Origin: an uncultured Verrucomicrobiota bacterium
GTDB lineage: Bacteria; Verrucomicrobiota; CALLYA01; CAYNBQ01
Length of the DNA: 62,141 bases
Assembly: GCA_964395275.1 (NCBI GenBank)
Contig: CAYNBQ010000007.1
Span: 1 to 62,141, forward strand
Direction of reading: 5' to 3'
The translations under genes were made by a program, and so were the position numbers. The notes under the pieces are model-generated. The model saw only the letters and a program-made list of their open reading frames with translations. It was not told the DNA's origin and ran no database searches. Shown here one piece after another: positions 46,176 through 54,469 of the stretch (the first letter of the stretch is position 1; each line of letters starts with the position of its first letter).

Positions 46176-47579
46176 TCAGATGTGGATCGCCCGTCCGAAG
46201 GCGGCCAGGGCGGCTTCCCCGACCATTTCCGACAGCGTCGGATGGGCGTGAATCGTCTCGAGGATCTCGGCTTCGGTCGCCTCCATGCTCCTGGCCAGCC
46301 CGAGTTCCGCGATCAACTCGGTCGCCTCCGCGCCCACGATGTGGGCGCCGAGCAGTTCGCCGTACTTCGCGCCGAAGATCAACTTGACGAAGCCCTCCGG
46401 CTCCCCGCCCGCCAGGGCCCGGCCGCTGGCCCGGTAGGGGAACCTGCCGACGCGGATCTCGTGCCCCGCTTCCTTCGCCTGCTTCTCCGTGAGCCCCACG
46501 CTGGCGACCTGCGGCTGGCAGTAGGTGCATCCGGGCACGGTGGTGACGTCCAGCACCTGGCGGCTGCCCGCGAACATCCGTTCCACGGCGATGATCCCCT
46601 CGTGCGACGCCACGTGCGCCAGCCAGGGCGGCCCGATCACGTCGCCGATGGCGTAGATCCCCGGCACGCTGGTCCGGTAGTTGGCGTCGACCTTCAGGAA
46701 TCCCTTGAAGAGTTCCGGTTTCAGGGCCGGACCGAAGACGCCTTCGACGTTGGCCTCGACCCCGACGGCCACCAGTGCGCGCTCGGCCTCGATCGTCTCT
46801 TCCCCCTTGGGGGTCTTCACCCGGACCGCCACGCCCTTCTTCTTCGGTGTGTCGATTCCCTCGACGCGCGTCTCGGTGAGGATCTTCACGCCGCGTTCTT
46901 CGTAGATCCTGCGCACGAGTCTGGACGAGTCCTCGTCTTCGACCGGGAGAACGTGCGGCATCATCTCCACGACGGTCACCCTGCTGCCGAACGACCAGTA
47001 GACGTACGCGAACTCCATGCCGATCGCCCCCGCGCCGATGATCACGATCGATTCCGGCACCCGGTCCAGCACGATCGCCTGGCGGCTCGTCATCACCCGC
47101 TCCCCGTCGATGGTCATCCCGGGGATCGATCGGGCGCGCGCGCCGGTGGCCACGAGGATGCGGTCGGCCCGGATTCTCTCGGTCTTGCCGGTTCCAGGAT
47201 CGATCTGGACGGTGCCCGCGGACGGTATCGTGGCCCTGCCCTCGAAGATCCGGACCTTGTTCTTCCGCAGGAGCATCCGGACGCCGTTGGTCAGCGTCTC
47301 GACCACCTTGCGGCTGCGCTGCACGGCCCGGGCGTAATCGAAGGAAACCGATTCGACATCCAGTCCGTATTCGCCGGCGTGCAGGATCTGCTGGTGCAGA
47401 TGCGCGCTCTCCAGGAGGGCCTTGCTCGGGATGCATCCCCAGTTCAGGCAGACGCCCCCGATGTTTTCCTTCTCGATGATGCAGACCTTCCGCCCGAGTT
47501 GTCCGGCGCGGATGGCCGCGACGTATCCCCCGGGGCCGGATCCGATTGCGGCGAGATCAAAGGTATCGTTCGGACTCAT
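46176..47579 (-). CDS. lpdA: Dihydrolipoyl dehydrogenase (E3)
   Basis: GSGPGGYVAAIRAGQLG is the FAD dinucleotide fold. GGVCLNWGCIPSKALL is the redox disulfide. HAHPTLSE is at the C-terminus. Confidence 0.95.
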   Translation of the reverse strand: MSPNDTFDLAAIGSGPGGYVAAIRAGQLGRKVCIIEKENIGGVCLNWGCIPSKALLESAHLHQQILHAGEYGLDVESVSFDYARAVQRSRKVVETLTNGVRMLLRKNKVRIFEGRATIPSAGTVQIDPGTGKTERIRADRILVATGARARSIPGMTIDGERVMTSRQAIVLDRVPESIVIIGAGAIGMEFAYVYWSFGSRVTVVEMMPHVLPVEDEDSSRLVRRIYEERGVKILTETRVEGIDTPKKKGVAVRVKTPKGEETIEAERALVAVGVEANVEGVFGPALKPELFKGFLKVDANYRTSVPGIYAIGDVIGPPWLAHVASHEGIIAVERMFAGSRQVLDVTTVPGCTYCQPQVASVGLTEKQAKEAGHEIRVGRFPYRASGRALAGGEPEGFVKLIFGAKYGELLGAHIVGAEATELIAELGLARSMEATEAEILETIHAHPTLSEMVGEAALAAFGRAIHI

Positions 47580-47609
47580 GTTGGGACTCCGTCTTGAATT
47601 GTCGATGGA

Positions 47610-48905
47610 TCAGACGACCAGGCCCGCCGGGTTTTCCAGCAGCTCGCGCAGCACCTGCAGGTATTCCGCCCCCAGGGCGCCGTCGACGATCCGGTGGTCG
47701 GCCGAGAGGACCACGGACATCCGCTGGCCGATCTCGATCCGGTCCTCGACGACCACCGGGACCTTCACGACCGCTCCCACGGCGAGGATCGCCGCCTCGG
47801 GAGGGTTGATGATCGCGTTGAACCGCCGGATGCCGAACATGCCGAGGTTGGTGATCGTGAAGGTGCCGCCCTGGAATTCCTCCACGCGCAGCCGGCGGGC
47901 GCGGGCCCGCTCGGCGAGATCGCGGACCTCGGTCGAGATCTGCCGGAGACCCTTCGTGTCCGCGTTGCGAACGACCGGGGTGATCAGCCCGTCCTCCACC
48001 GAGACGGCCACGCCGACGTGGATGTCGCCGTAATACCGGATCGCGTTGCCGACGATCGTCGCATTCACCCTGGGAACCCGGCGCAGGGCGACGGCCGCGG
48101 CCCGCACGATGAAATCGTTCACGCTGAGCCGCAGATCCGTCAGCGAGTCGTTGAGCTGTTTCCGCAGGGACATCAGCGGTCCCATGTCGACTTCCATCTC
48201 CGCGTAGAAATGCGGGATGGTCGTCTTGCTCTCCAGCAGCCGCTTGGCGATCGTCGCGCGCATCGGGGTCATCGGCACGTCGGTCACCTGGCCCGGCGCC
48301 GCGGGCGCGGGTTCCGCCGGGGCGGCCGCCGGCGCCGTTGCCGCCGCCGCGGGTGCTGCCGATGCCGCCGATTCGACGTCCCGTTTCACGATCCGTCCGC
48401 CCGGTCCCGTTCCCCGGATCGTCGCCAGGTCGATTCCCCGTTCCGCCGCGATCCGGCGGGCGAGGGGGGAGGCCTTGATCCGTCCGCCCGCCGACGTTGC
48501 GGCGGCGGGCGCCGGGGCCGGCGAGGGCGGAGTCGCCGCGGCGGGAGCCGGAGCCGGTGCCGGGGAGGGGGGAGCGGCGGGAACAGGTGCCGCCGGCGGA
48601 GGCGCGGCGGGCGCGGGAGCGCTTTCGGCGGCCGGCGCCGCGGACTTCACCTCGGGGACGGATTCGCCCGCTTCCCCGATGAAGGCGATGGGGGATCCGA
48701 CCGGGGCGGAGTCCCCTTCCGGAACGACGATCTTGAGCAGGACGCCGCTCTCCGGGGCCTCGAACTCCATGATGGCCTTGTCGGTTTCGATCTCCGCAAG
48801 AAGGTCGCCCGCTTCCAGGGCGTCGCCCTCCTCCTTGTGCCATCGGGCGATGGTGCCTTCCTCCATCGTGTCGCTCAGGCGCGGCATGGTGATCTCTTCC
48901 GCCAT
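47610..48905 (-). CDS. pdhC: Dihydrolipoamide acyltransferase (E2) of a pyruvate/acetoin dehydrogenase complex
   Basis: ORF 47610..49919 trimmed to ATG 48905 (GGGAGG RBS). The lipoyl domain has EIETDKA. There are Pro/Ala linkers and an E3-binding domain [16 protein letters not shown]. The catalytic motif is DHRIVDG. Confidence 0.9.
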   Translation of the reverse strand: MAEEITMPRLSDTMEEGTIARWHKEEGDALEAGDLLAEIETDKAIMEFEAPESGVLLKIVVPEGDSAPVGSPIAFIGEAGESVPEVKSAAPAAESAPAPAAPPPAAPVPAAPPSPAPAPAPAAATPPSPAPAPAAATSAGGRIKASPLARRIAAERGIDLATIRGTGPGGRIVKRDVESAASAAPAAAATAPAAAPAEPAPAAPGQVTDVPMTPMRATIAKRLLESKTTIPHFYAEMEVDMGPLMSLRKQLNDSLTDLRLSVNDFIVRAAAVALRRVPRVNATIVGNAIRYYGDIHVGVAVSVEDGLITPVVRNADTKGLRQISTEVRDLAERARARRLRVEEFQGGTFTITNLGMFGIRRFNAIINPPEAAILAVGAVVKVPVVVEDRIEIGQRMSVVLSADHRIVDGALGAEYLQVLRELLENPAGLVV

Positions 48906-48994
48906 GGCCAGAACCTCCCTCGGTCGGTCTCTCGCCGACCGGATGTCTCCTGTTGTCTCGGGTGGCCGTCCCCGGTCTCCTCCGGGAACCCGAA

Positions 48995-49978
48995 TCAGCG
49001 ATACAGAACCTTGTGCGCCGCGTCGAGAACGCGTTGCGCGTCCGGGACGGCCAGTTGCTCGAGATGATGGTTGTAGGGCATCGGCACGTCCGCGCCGGTC
49101 ACCCGGATCACGGGCGCGTCGAGCGCGTCGAAGGCCTCTTCCTGGATCCGGGCCGCGATCTCGGCGCCCACCCCCGCGAAGGGTTTCGCCTCGTGGACCA
49201 CGACGCACCGGTTCGTCTTGCGCACCGAGCCCAGGATGGCCTCCGTGTCCAGCGGCCGGATCGTCCTCGGATCCACGATCTCCGCTTCGATCCCCTCCTC
49301 GGCGAGACGGTCGGCCGCCTCCCGGGCGACCTCCAGCATGCGCGAATACGCCACGATCGTCAGGTCCGTTCCCTCGCGTTTCACGTCGGCCTCGCCGATC
49401 GGGATCAGGTACTCCTCCTCGGGGACCTCGCCCCGGCGTCCGTAGAGGATCTCGTTCTCGATGAAGATGACGGGGTTGTCGTCGCGGATCGCGCTCTTCA
49501 ACAGTCCTTTCGCATCGTACGGCGTCCCCGGCATCACGACCTTCAGCCCCGGGATGTTCGCGTACCACGACTCCAGCGAATGGGAATGCGTCGCTGCAAG
49601 CTGGTGGGCCGCGCCGCCGCAGCCACGGAAGACGATCGGCAACCGGAACTGGCCGCCGGACATGTACGCGATCTGCGCCGCGTGGTTCACGATCTGGTCG
49701 ATGGCGACGAGGCTGAAACTCCACGTCATCAGCTCGATGATCGGGCGCAATCCCGCCATCGCCGCGCCGACACCGACGCCGCAGAACCCGCTTTCGCTGA
49801 TCGGCGTGTCGATCACCCGTTCCGGGCCGAACCGGTCGAGCATCCCCTGGCTCACCTTGTAGGCGCCGTTGTAGTACCCCACTTCCTCTCCCATAAGGAA
49901 GACGTCGGGATCCCGGCACATCTCTTCCACCATGGCCTGGTTGAGGGCTTCGCGGTACAGGATTTCGCTCATCGCCAA
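48995..49978 (-). CDS. pdhB: 2-oxoacid dehydrogenase E1 component beta subunit
   Basis: 327 aa. [26 protein letters not shown]...VIDTPISE is typical of PdhB/AcoB. Confidence 0.9.
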   Translation of the reverse strand: MAMSEILYREALNQAMVEEMCRDPDVFLMGEEVGYYNGAYKVSQGMLDRFGPERVIDTPISESGFCGVGVGAAMAGLRPIIELMTWSFSLVAIDQIVNHAAQIAYMSGGQFRLPIVFRGCGGAAHQLAATHSHSLESWYANIPGLKVVMPGTPYDAKGLLKSAIRDDNPVIFIENEILYGRRGEVPEEEYLIPIGEADVKREGTDLTIVAYSRMLEVAREAADRLAEEGIEAEIVDPRTIRPLDTEAILGSVRKTNRCVVVHEAKPFAGVGAEIAARIQEEAFDALDAPVIRVTGADVPMPYNHHLEQLAVPDAQRVLDAAHKVLYR

Positions 49979-49996
49979 TCGGTCCTCGCGGGTGCG

Positions 49997-50977
49997 TCAG
50001 AAGAGAATGTCCGTGTACAGGTCTTCCCCGGTCGGTTCCGGGCTTTCCTCGGCGAACCGGACGATCTCCTTCACCTCGGCCTTCACCTCGGCGTCCAGCG
50101 CCTTCAGCCCTTCGGTATCCGCGATCTTCCGTTCCAGCAGCAGATCCCGGAAGGAGAGGATCGGATCGTCCTTCTTGCGTTCCTCGACCTCTTCGCGCGT
50201 GCGGTACCGGGCCGGATCGGACATGGAATGCCCGCGGAAGCGATAGGTCCGCGCCTCCAGCAGCGTCCCGCCTTCGCCCGAGCGCGCCCGTTCGACCGCG
50301 CGGGAAACGGCCTCGTAGACCTCCAGGACCTCGTTGCCGTCGACCACTTCCCCGAAGAGATTGTACGACTCCGCCCGGCGATAGATGTCGGCGACCGCGC
50401 TCGCCCGGTCGACCCGGGTGCCCATCGCGTAGAGATTGTTCTCGCAGATCAGGACCACCGGCAGTTTCCAGAGGCCGATCAGGTTGGCGGCCTCGTGAAA
50501 CGCCCCCTGGTTGGCGGCGCCGTCGCCGAAGAATCCGAGACAGACGTGCGGCTCCTTCCGGTAACGGATCGCGAACCCGATCCCCGCCGACAGGGGAATC
50601 TGTCCGCCGACGATTCCGTGGCCGCCGTAGAACCGGATCTCCCGGTCGAACAGATGCATCGATCCGCCCTTGCCCTTGGAATTGCCCGTGCGCCGGCCGT
50701 ACAACTCCGCCATCGCCTTGCGGGGATCCATCCCCTTGGCCAGGGCGTGCCCGTGCTCGCGGTAGGCCGCGATCACGTAGTCCTCCGGGTCGAGCGCCTC
50801 GATGGCGCCGACGGCCACGGCTTCCTGCCCGATGTACAGATGGCAGAACCCGCCGATCCGTCCCTTCTGGTACGCGCGGGCCGCCGCCTCTTCGAACCGC
50901 CGGATCATCACCATGCGGCGGTACATCGCCAGCAGGGCGTCGGCATCGAGGTCCGTCCTGGAAGGGGAGGGGGGCAT
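49997..50977 (-). CDS. pdhA: 2-oxoacid dehydrogenase E1 component alpha subunit (TPP-binding)
   Basis: ORF 49997..51328 trimmed to ATG 50977. [24 protein letters not shown], the TPP motif GDGAANQG...ENN, and [10 protein letters not shown]. The start overlaps the upstream stop (TGATG). Confidence 0.9.
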   Translation of the reverse strand: MPPSPSRTDLDADALLAMYRRMVMIRRFEEAAARAYQKGRIGGFCHLYIGQEAVAVGAIEALDPEDYVIAAYREHGHALAKGMDPRKAMAELYGRRTGNSKGKGGSMHLFDREIRFYGGHGIVGGQIPLSAGIGFAIRYRKEPHVCLGFFGDGAANQGAFHEAANLIGLWKLPVVLICENNLYAMGTRVDRASAVADIYRRAESYNLFGEVVDGNEVLEVYEAVSRAVERARSGEGGTLLEARTYRFRGHSMSDPARYRTREEVEERKKDDPILSFRDLLLERKIADTEGLKALDAEVKAEVKEIVRFAEESPEPTGEDLYTDILF

Positions 50978-51441
50978 CAGTCTTCGTTCTCGAAAACCAC
51001 GACCGCCGGCGGGGTCGCCAGATCGGCCGTGTGGATCAGTTCGACCCGGTCCACGATGGTCGTCAGCACGATCAGCTCCGATTCCTCGCACTGCACGCAG
51101 AAGAGCAGATGATGATCGGCCACCTGGTCCCATACCTTCTGGCGCAGCATGGGCGAGTAATCCGGGTACGCCCGGCCGTACAGGGTGACGCCCCTGCGGT
51201 AATCCGGTTCCGCGAAAACCCAGCAGACCGTGGGGTTCTTTTCGATCTGCGCCAGCTTGCGGGAATCTTCCCGCGTGATCGTGTAGATCACGCGCACCCC
51301 CTCCACCAGGGCGCCGATGGTCATCCATCGGGCCTGCGGCACCCCGTTTTCGTCGACGGTGGCGAGGACCCCCAGCCGCGCGTTGTTCACGACCTCCACG
51401 GCCTCGGCGAGGATTTCGGATCGATCGGGCTCGTCTTTCAT
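50977..51441 (-). CDS. Pyridoxamine 5'-phosphate oxidase-like FMN-binding protein (general stress protein 26-like)
   Basis: ORF 50977..51825 trimmed to ATG 51441. [20 protein letters not shown] and the overall ~154-aa split-barrel pattern. Confidence 0.6.
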   Translation of the reverse strand: MKDEPDRSEILAEAVEVVNNARLGVLATVDENGVPQARWMTIGALVEGVRVIYTITREDSRKLAQIEKNPTVCWVFAEPDYRRGVTLYGRAYPDYSPMLRQKVWDQVADHHLLFCVQCEESELIVLTTIVDRVELIHTADLATPPAVVVFENED

Positions 51442-51577
51442 GATCGGGAAAGTCTGCTCGAAACCGGCCCGGATTGCAACCGGACGCCCGGTCTTCCCGG
51501 CGTCCGCAGGCCGTGGAAGGCGAGGAACGGCATCCAACCGTGCGGCGAAAGAGGGATTGCCTCTCCGGCGGAGAAGA

Positions 51578-51605
51578 TTGACGAATATGTCAGATCGGGT
51601 ATAAG
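51578..51605 (+). promoter_or_regulatory. Sigma70-like promoter candidate for higBA, implying a leaderless or near-leaderless toxin mRNA
   Basis: TTGACG-N16-TATAAG. The -10 ends 8 nt before ATG 51614. Confidence 0.45.
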
Positions 51606-51613
51606 TGGAGGAA

Positions 51614-51979
51614 ATGCCGACAAGAGACAGGCCGCTCGTGTGGCTCCACGGTGAGGTGAAAACACCCCCGTTCTCGGCCCCGGCCCGGCTGGAGGCCGGG
51701 GTCCTGCTCCGGAGACTCCAACGAGGAGAATCCCTGGGGATGCCCCATTCGAGGCCGATGCCGGTCGTCGGGAAGCGTTGCCATGAACTCAGGATCGTAG
51801 ATCGGGATGCGACATGGCGGATCATCTATCGGCTCGATCCCGACGCGATCGTGATCGTGGAGGTCTTCCGGAAGCGGACCCGGACGACGCCGAAGACGGT
51901 GATCGAGACGTGCAGGCGGCGGCTGAAGGCATACGACGCAGCAGCGAAGCCGGGAGAATCGGGAGAAGATCATGCGTGA
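51614..51979 (+). CDS. higB: Type II toxin, HigB/RelE superfamily (Gp49-like, DUF891-type)
   Basis: VWLHGEVKTPPFS...EAG.LLRRLQRGESLGMPHSRPMP..G..CHELRI....ATWRIIYRL..DAIVIVEVFRKRTRTTPK matches the recalled Gp49/HigB pattern. Its stop overlaps the antitoxin start by 8 nt. An alternative start, GTG 51605, lies inside the predicted -10. Confidence 0.75.
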   Translation: MPTRDRPLVWLHGEVKTPPFSAPARLEAGVLLRRLQRGESLGMPHSRPMPVVGKRCHELRIVDRDATWRIIYRLDPDAIVIVEVFRKRTRTTPKTVIETCRRRLKAYDAAAKPGESGEDHA

Positions 51980-52286
51980 AACCAGGAAGAAGAGACTCGA
52001 GGCGGCAGGTTGGCGGATCGGCGACACGAAGGATTTCCTCGGTCTCTCCGACGAGGAAGCCGCTTTCGTCGAACTCAAACTCGCGTTGGCCGATTTCCTC
52101 CGCAGATTGCGGATCGAGCGCGGATGGACGCAAGCGCGCCTGGCCCGCGAGATCGGTTCCAGTCAATCCCGGGTGGCCAGGATGGAGGCCGCCGATCCCT
52201 CGGTCACGATGGATCTCCAGGTAAAATCCCTGCTCGCTCTCGGCGCCACCCGCAGAGAGTTGGCCGAGGTCGTCGGCCGGCCGTGA
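51972..52286 (+). CDS. higA: HTH XRE-family antitoxin (HigA-like)
   Basis: RIERGWTQARLAREIGSSQSRVARMEAAD is a Cro/C1 HTH. It sits downstream of the toxin, which is the HigBA gene order. Confidence 0.75.
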   Translation: MRETRKKRLEAAGWRIGDTKDFLGLSDEEAAFVELKLALADFLRRLRIERGWTQARLAREIGSSQSRVARMEAADPSVTMDLQVKSLLALGATRRELAEVVGRP

Positions 52287-52501
52287 TCCCGGGAACGACC
52301 GCGTGCCATGGAGACCGGACCTTCCCCCGTTCCCGGCTGATGGGCCGCCCCTCGACCCGGTCGTGAGGTGCGTCGGGGGATCCGCTCCCTGTCTATTCTA
52401 TCCATACGTCCCGACCCGCCCGAGCCTCCCAACGGGGCGGAGGGAAATCCGGGTCTCGCCCGCTCTCGCCTTCTCAGGCGATCCGTGGTACCCGAAGGCG
52501 C

Positions 52502-53002
52502 ATGGGATCGAAGCGGACATGGGAGTTCCGGCCGATCGGCGTGATCCGCACGCCGTACCGGCACCACGCCCCCTACCAGCCGCAGGAAAACGATCCGGGC
52601 GCGTTCCGGCTCGTCCTGGATCCCGAATACGAGGAAGGGCTCCGCGACCTGGAGACGTTCCGCTATCTCTACGTTCTCTTCTGCCTCGACCGCGCGCCTC
52701 CCGATCCTCCGATGCGCGTGACGCCCCCTTGGACCGGAGGCCGCGAGGTGGGGCTCTTCGCCAGTCGGTCCCCCGCGCGCCCCAACCCGGTCGGACTGAG
52801 CGTGGTCCGGCTCCTCGGGATCGAGGGAAACGAGATCCGCACCTCCGGGCTGGACGTCTACGACGGCACCCCGCTTCTGGATATCAAGCCCTACGTTCGC
52901 GATCTCGACAGCAAACTCGACGCGAACTACGGCTGGATCGAGGAACTCGACGGCTGGGAGCACCTGATGCTCCACATCCGCGGGGTTCCCCACGACGAGT
53001 GA
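52502..53002 (+). CDS. trmO: tRNA (N6-threonylcarbamoyladenosine(37)-N6)-methyltransferase TrmO (TsaA/YaeB family)
   Basis: FRPIGVIRTPY, SRSPARPNPVGLSVVRLL and DGTPLLDIKPYV are hallmark TsaA-like blocks. Confidence 0.85.
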   Translation: MGSKRTWEFRPIGVIRTPYRHHAPYQPQENDPGAFRLVLDPEYEEGLRDLETFRYLYVLFCLDRAPPDPPMRVTPPWTGGREVGLFASRSPARPNPVGLSVVRLLGIEGNEIRTSGLDVYDGTPLLDIKPYVRDLDSKLDANYGWIEELDGWEHLMLHIRGVPHDE

Positions 53003-53015
53003 CCCCTCCCGGGGA

Positions 53016-54185
53016 TCACCGCGCCGCCGGGATTCCGCCGGCGAGCCGGAAGACCTCGCTGCCGGCCAGGAGGAAGGCCCCTGCGCCGTACGGTTCGGAA
53101 TGGCTGGGATCGAACGGGGCAGGCCGGTCGCCGGGCGGTTGGACGTGCGTGAGCGTGCCGTCGGGCCGCACGCATCGGGTCAGGCCCCGCCAGGCCCGGA
53201 TCACGCACGGCAGATATCGGTCCCGGTCGAGGATCCCGTTCCGGATTCCCCAGGCCAGGCCGTAACAGAAGAAGCCGCTACCGCTGGTCTCCGGCGTCGG
53301 GTAACTGTCGGGGTCCAGGAGGCTCGGGCGCCACAGACCGTCGGCCGGCTGAAGCCCGCGGATGCTTTCGGCCATTTCCCGGAACTGGGCGACGTACTTC
53401 GACCGGTCCGGGTGGTCGGCGGGCAGGTAGGGGATCACCCGGGCCAGTCCGGCGAAGACCCAGCCGTTTCCGCGGCTCCAGAAGACCTTCCGCCCGTTCG
53501 GTTCGCGCCGCGCGAAAAACCGGTCGTCCCGGAAGAAGAGATGCTCCTCGGAATCGTAGAGATACCGCGACGTGTTCCACCAGCCGCGGTTCATGAAGTC
53601 GAGGTACCGCCGGTCGTTCGTCGCCGCGTACATCCGGATCCAGGCGGGCGGCGCCATGAAAAGCGCGTCGCACCAGGACCACCTGTCGCCGGCGTCGGGG
53701 CGGCCCGAGGCCAGGTCGTCGTCCCGGGGTTGCGCCAGGATCGCGTCGAACCGTTCGCGACTCGGCCGAATCATCGCGGGATCGCGGTCCCGCCGATGCA
53801 GTTCGAGGTAGCTCTGGACGATGCAGTGGTCGTCGGCGTTGTAGACGCGCGGTCCCGGCCGCCACCGCTTGCGTCGTCCCACGGCCCGTAGGGCGTCCAG
53901 ATACTTCTCCGCATCGGGGGAAATTTCCGCCAGGGCCGTCACGCCCGTGTAGAACGCCGCATGCACCCAGTCCGTGACCGCCCCCTCGCGCGGTTCGCGA
54001 GCCAGTTGCCGGTCGGCCACCCGGTGAAGCACGTCCAGGATTTCGCCGGGTTCGGGAAGAGTCTCCGCCGCCTCCGTCAACGCCGCCGGTGCGGCGGCCG
54101 TTGAGATCTGCGCCGGGAAAACCGCCGCGAGCAGCCCTGCGAATAACGCCGACGTTCCCCGGATCCCCCGTGCGCATCGGATCAT
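53016..54185 (-). CDS. Secreted GH105/GH88-type unsaturated (rhamno)galacturonyl/glucuronyl hydrolase
   Basis: It has a signal peptide. WSWCDALFMAPPAW, FWSRGNGWVFAGL and SGSGFFCYGL resemble YteR-like (alpha/alpha)6 hydrolases. Confidence 0.8.
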   Translation of the reverse strand: MIRCARGIRGTSALFAGLLAAVFPAQISTAAAPAALTEAAETLPEPGEILDVLHRVADRQLAREPREGAVTDWVHAAFYTGVTALAEISPDAEKYLDALRAVGRRKRWRPGPRVYNADDHCIVQSYLELHRRDRDPAMIRPSRERFDAILAQPRDDDLASGRPDAGDRWSWCDALFMAPPAWIRMYAATNDRRYLDFMNRGWWNTSRYLYDSEEHLFFRDDRFFARREPNGRKVFWSRGNGWVFAGLARVIPYLPADHPDRSKYVAQFREMAESIRGLQPADGLWRPSLLDPDSYPTPETSGSGFFCYGLAWGIRNGILDRDRYLPCVIRAWRGLTRCVRPDGTLTHVQPPGDRPAPFDPSHSEPYGAGAFLLAGSEVFRLAGGIPAAR

Positions 54186-54257
54186 CGCCGTTCCTCCCTC
54201 GTGCGTGCCGGTACGGTGTCATCCTTTTGCGGCGGGGAAAAGCCGGGAAGAACCCCC

Positions 54258-54421
54258 GGCGGATCGGCGACCGACATAGCAAGCGGGCCGGCGCCAAGGA
54301 GGTCGGGTGGGGAACCCATTTGAAAAACGCCGGCCCGCTGCTTGCTGTGTGTGGTGCGGTGCCTTTGGGTGATGTCTCTTTCGTTCATCTTATTAGACGA
54401 GCGATCGCGGAAAACGTTCAA
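54258..54421 (-). promoter_or_regulatory. Copy A of a duplicated non-coding leader element: ECF-like promoter motif plus a long-loop GC hairpin with an anti-SD, upstream of the GH105 gene
   Basis: Minus strand reads TTGAACGTTTTCCGCGATCGCTCGTC ... CACACAGCAAGCAGCGGGCCGGCG-[34 nt]-CGCCGGCCCGC ... CCGATCCGCCG. It is near-identical in blocks to 57970..58142. The hairpin arms are at 54283..54293 and 54328..54338. Confidence 0.6.
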
Positions 54422-54469
54422 CGCTCCGCGGGAAAACTCGCAACATGCGTTGCATCAGCGGGATACGAT

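Noticed and set aside
48280-48660. Repetitive GC-rich DNA (GCCGCCGG/GCGGG runs) that looked like a tandem repeat
   Set aside because: It encodes the Pro/Ala-rich inter-domain linkers of the E2 acyltransferase ([25 protein letters not shown]...). This is a normal feature of this protein family.
47610-49919. 769-aa minus ORF suggesting a giant E2 fusion
   Set aside because: The upstream 338 codons are an out-of-frame overlap of the E1-beta gene. The real E2 starts at ATG 48905, which has a GGGAGG RBS and the canonical lipoyl-domain N-terminus [17 protein letters not shown].
54307-54372. Plus-strand mini-ORF (21 aa, MGNPFEKRRPAACCVWCGAFG) preceded by a perfect AAGGAGG inside conserved element copy A
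   Set aside because: In copy B the same frame hits TAG after 4 codons (58028..58042). The AAGGAGG is more simply the complement of the minus-strand CCTCCTT anti-SD.
54182-54421. 79-aa minus ORF (MNVFRDRS...) and the matching N-terminal extension of ORF 56279..58141 (MNVSADRL...), suggesting a conserved leader peptide
   Set aside because: The shared MNV is only the TTGAACGTT box read as a TTG start. After a 1-nt indel the conserved block is read in different frames in the two copies (MGSPPDLLGAGP versus WVPHPPSLAPAR). The conservation is therefore not at the protein level.
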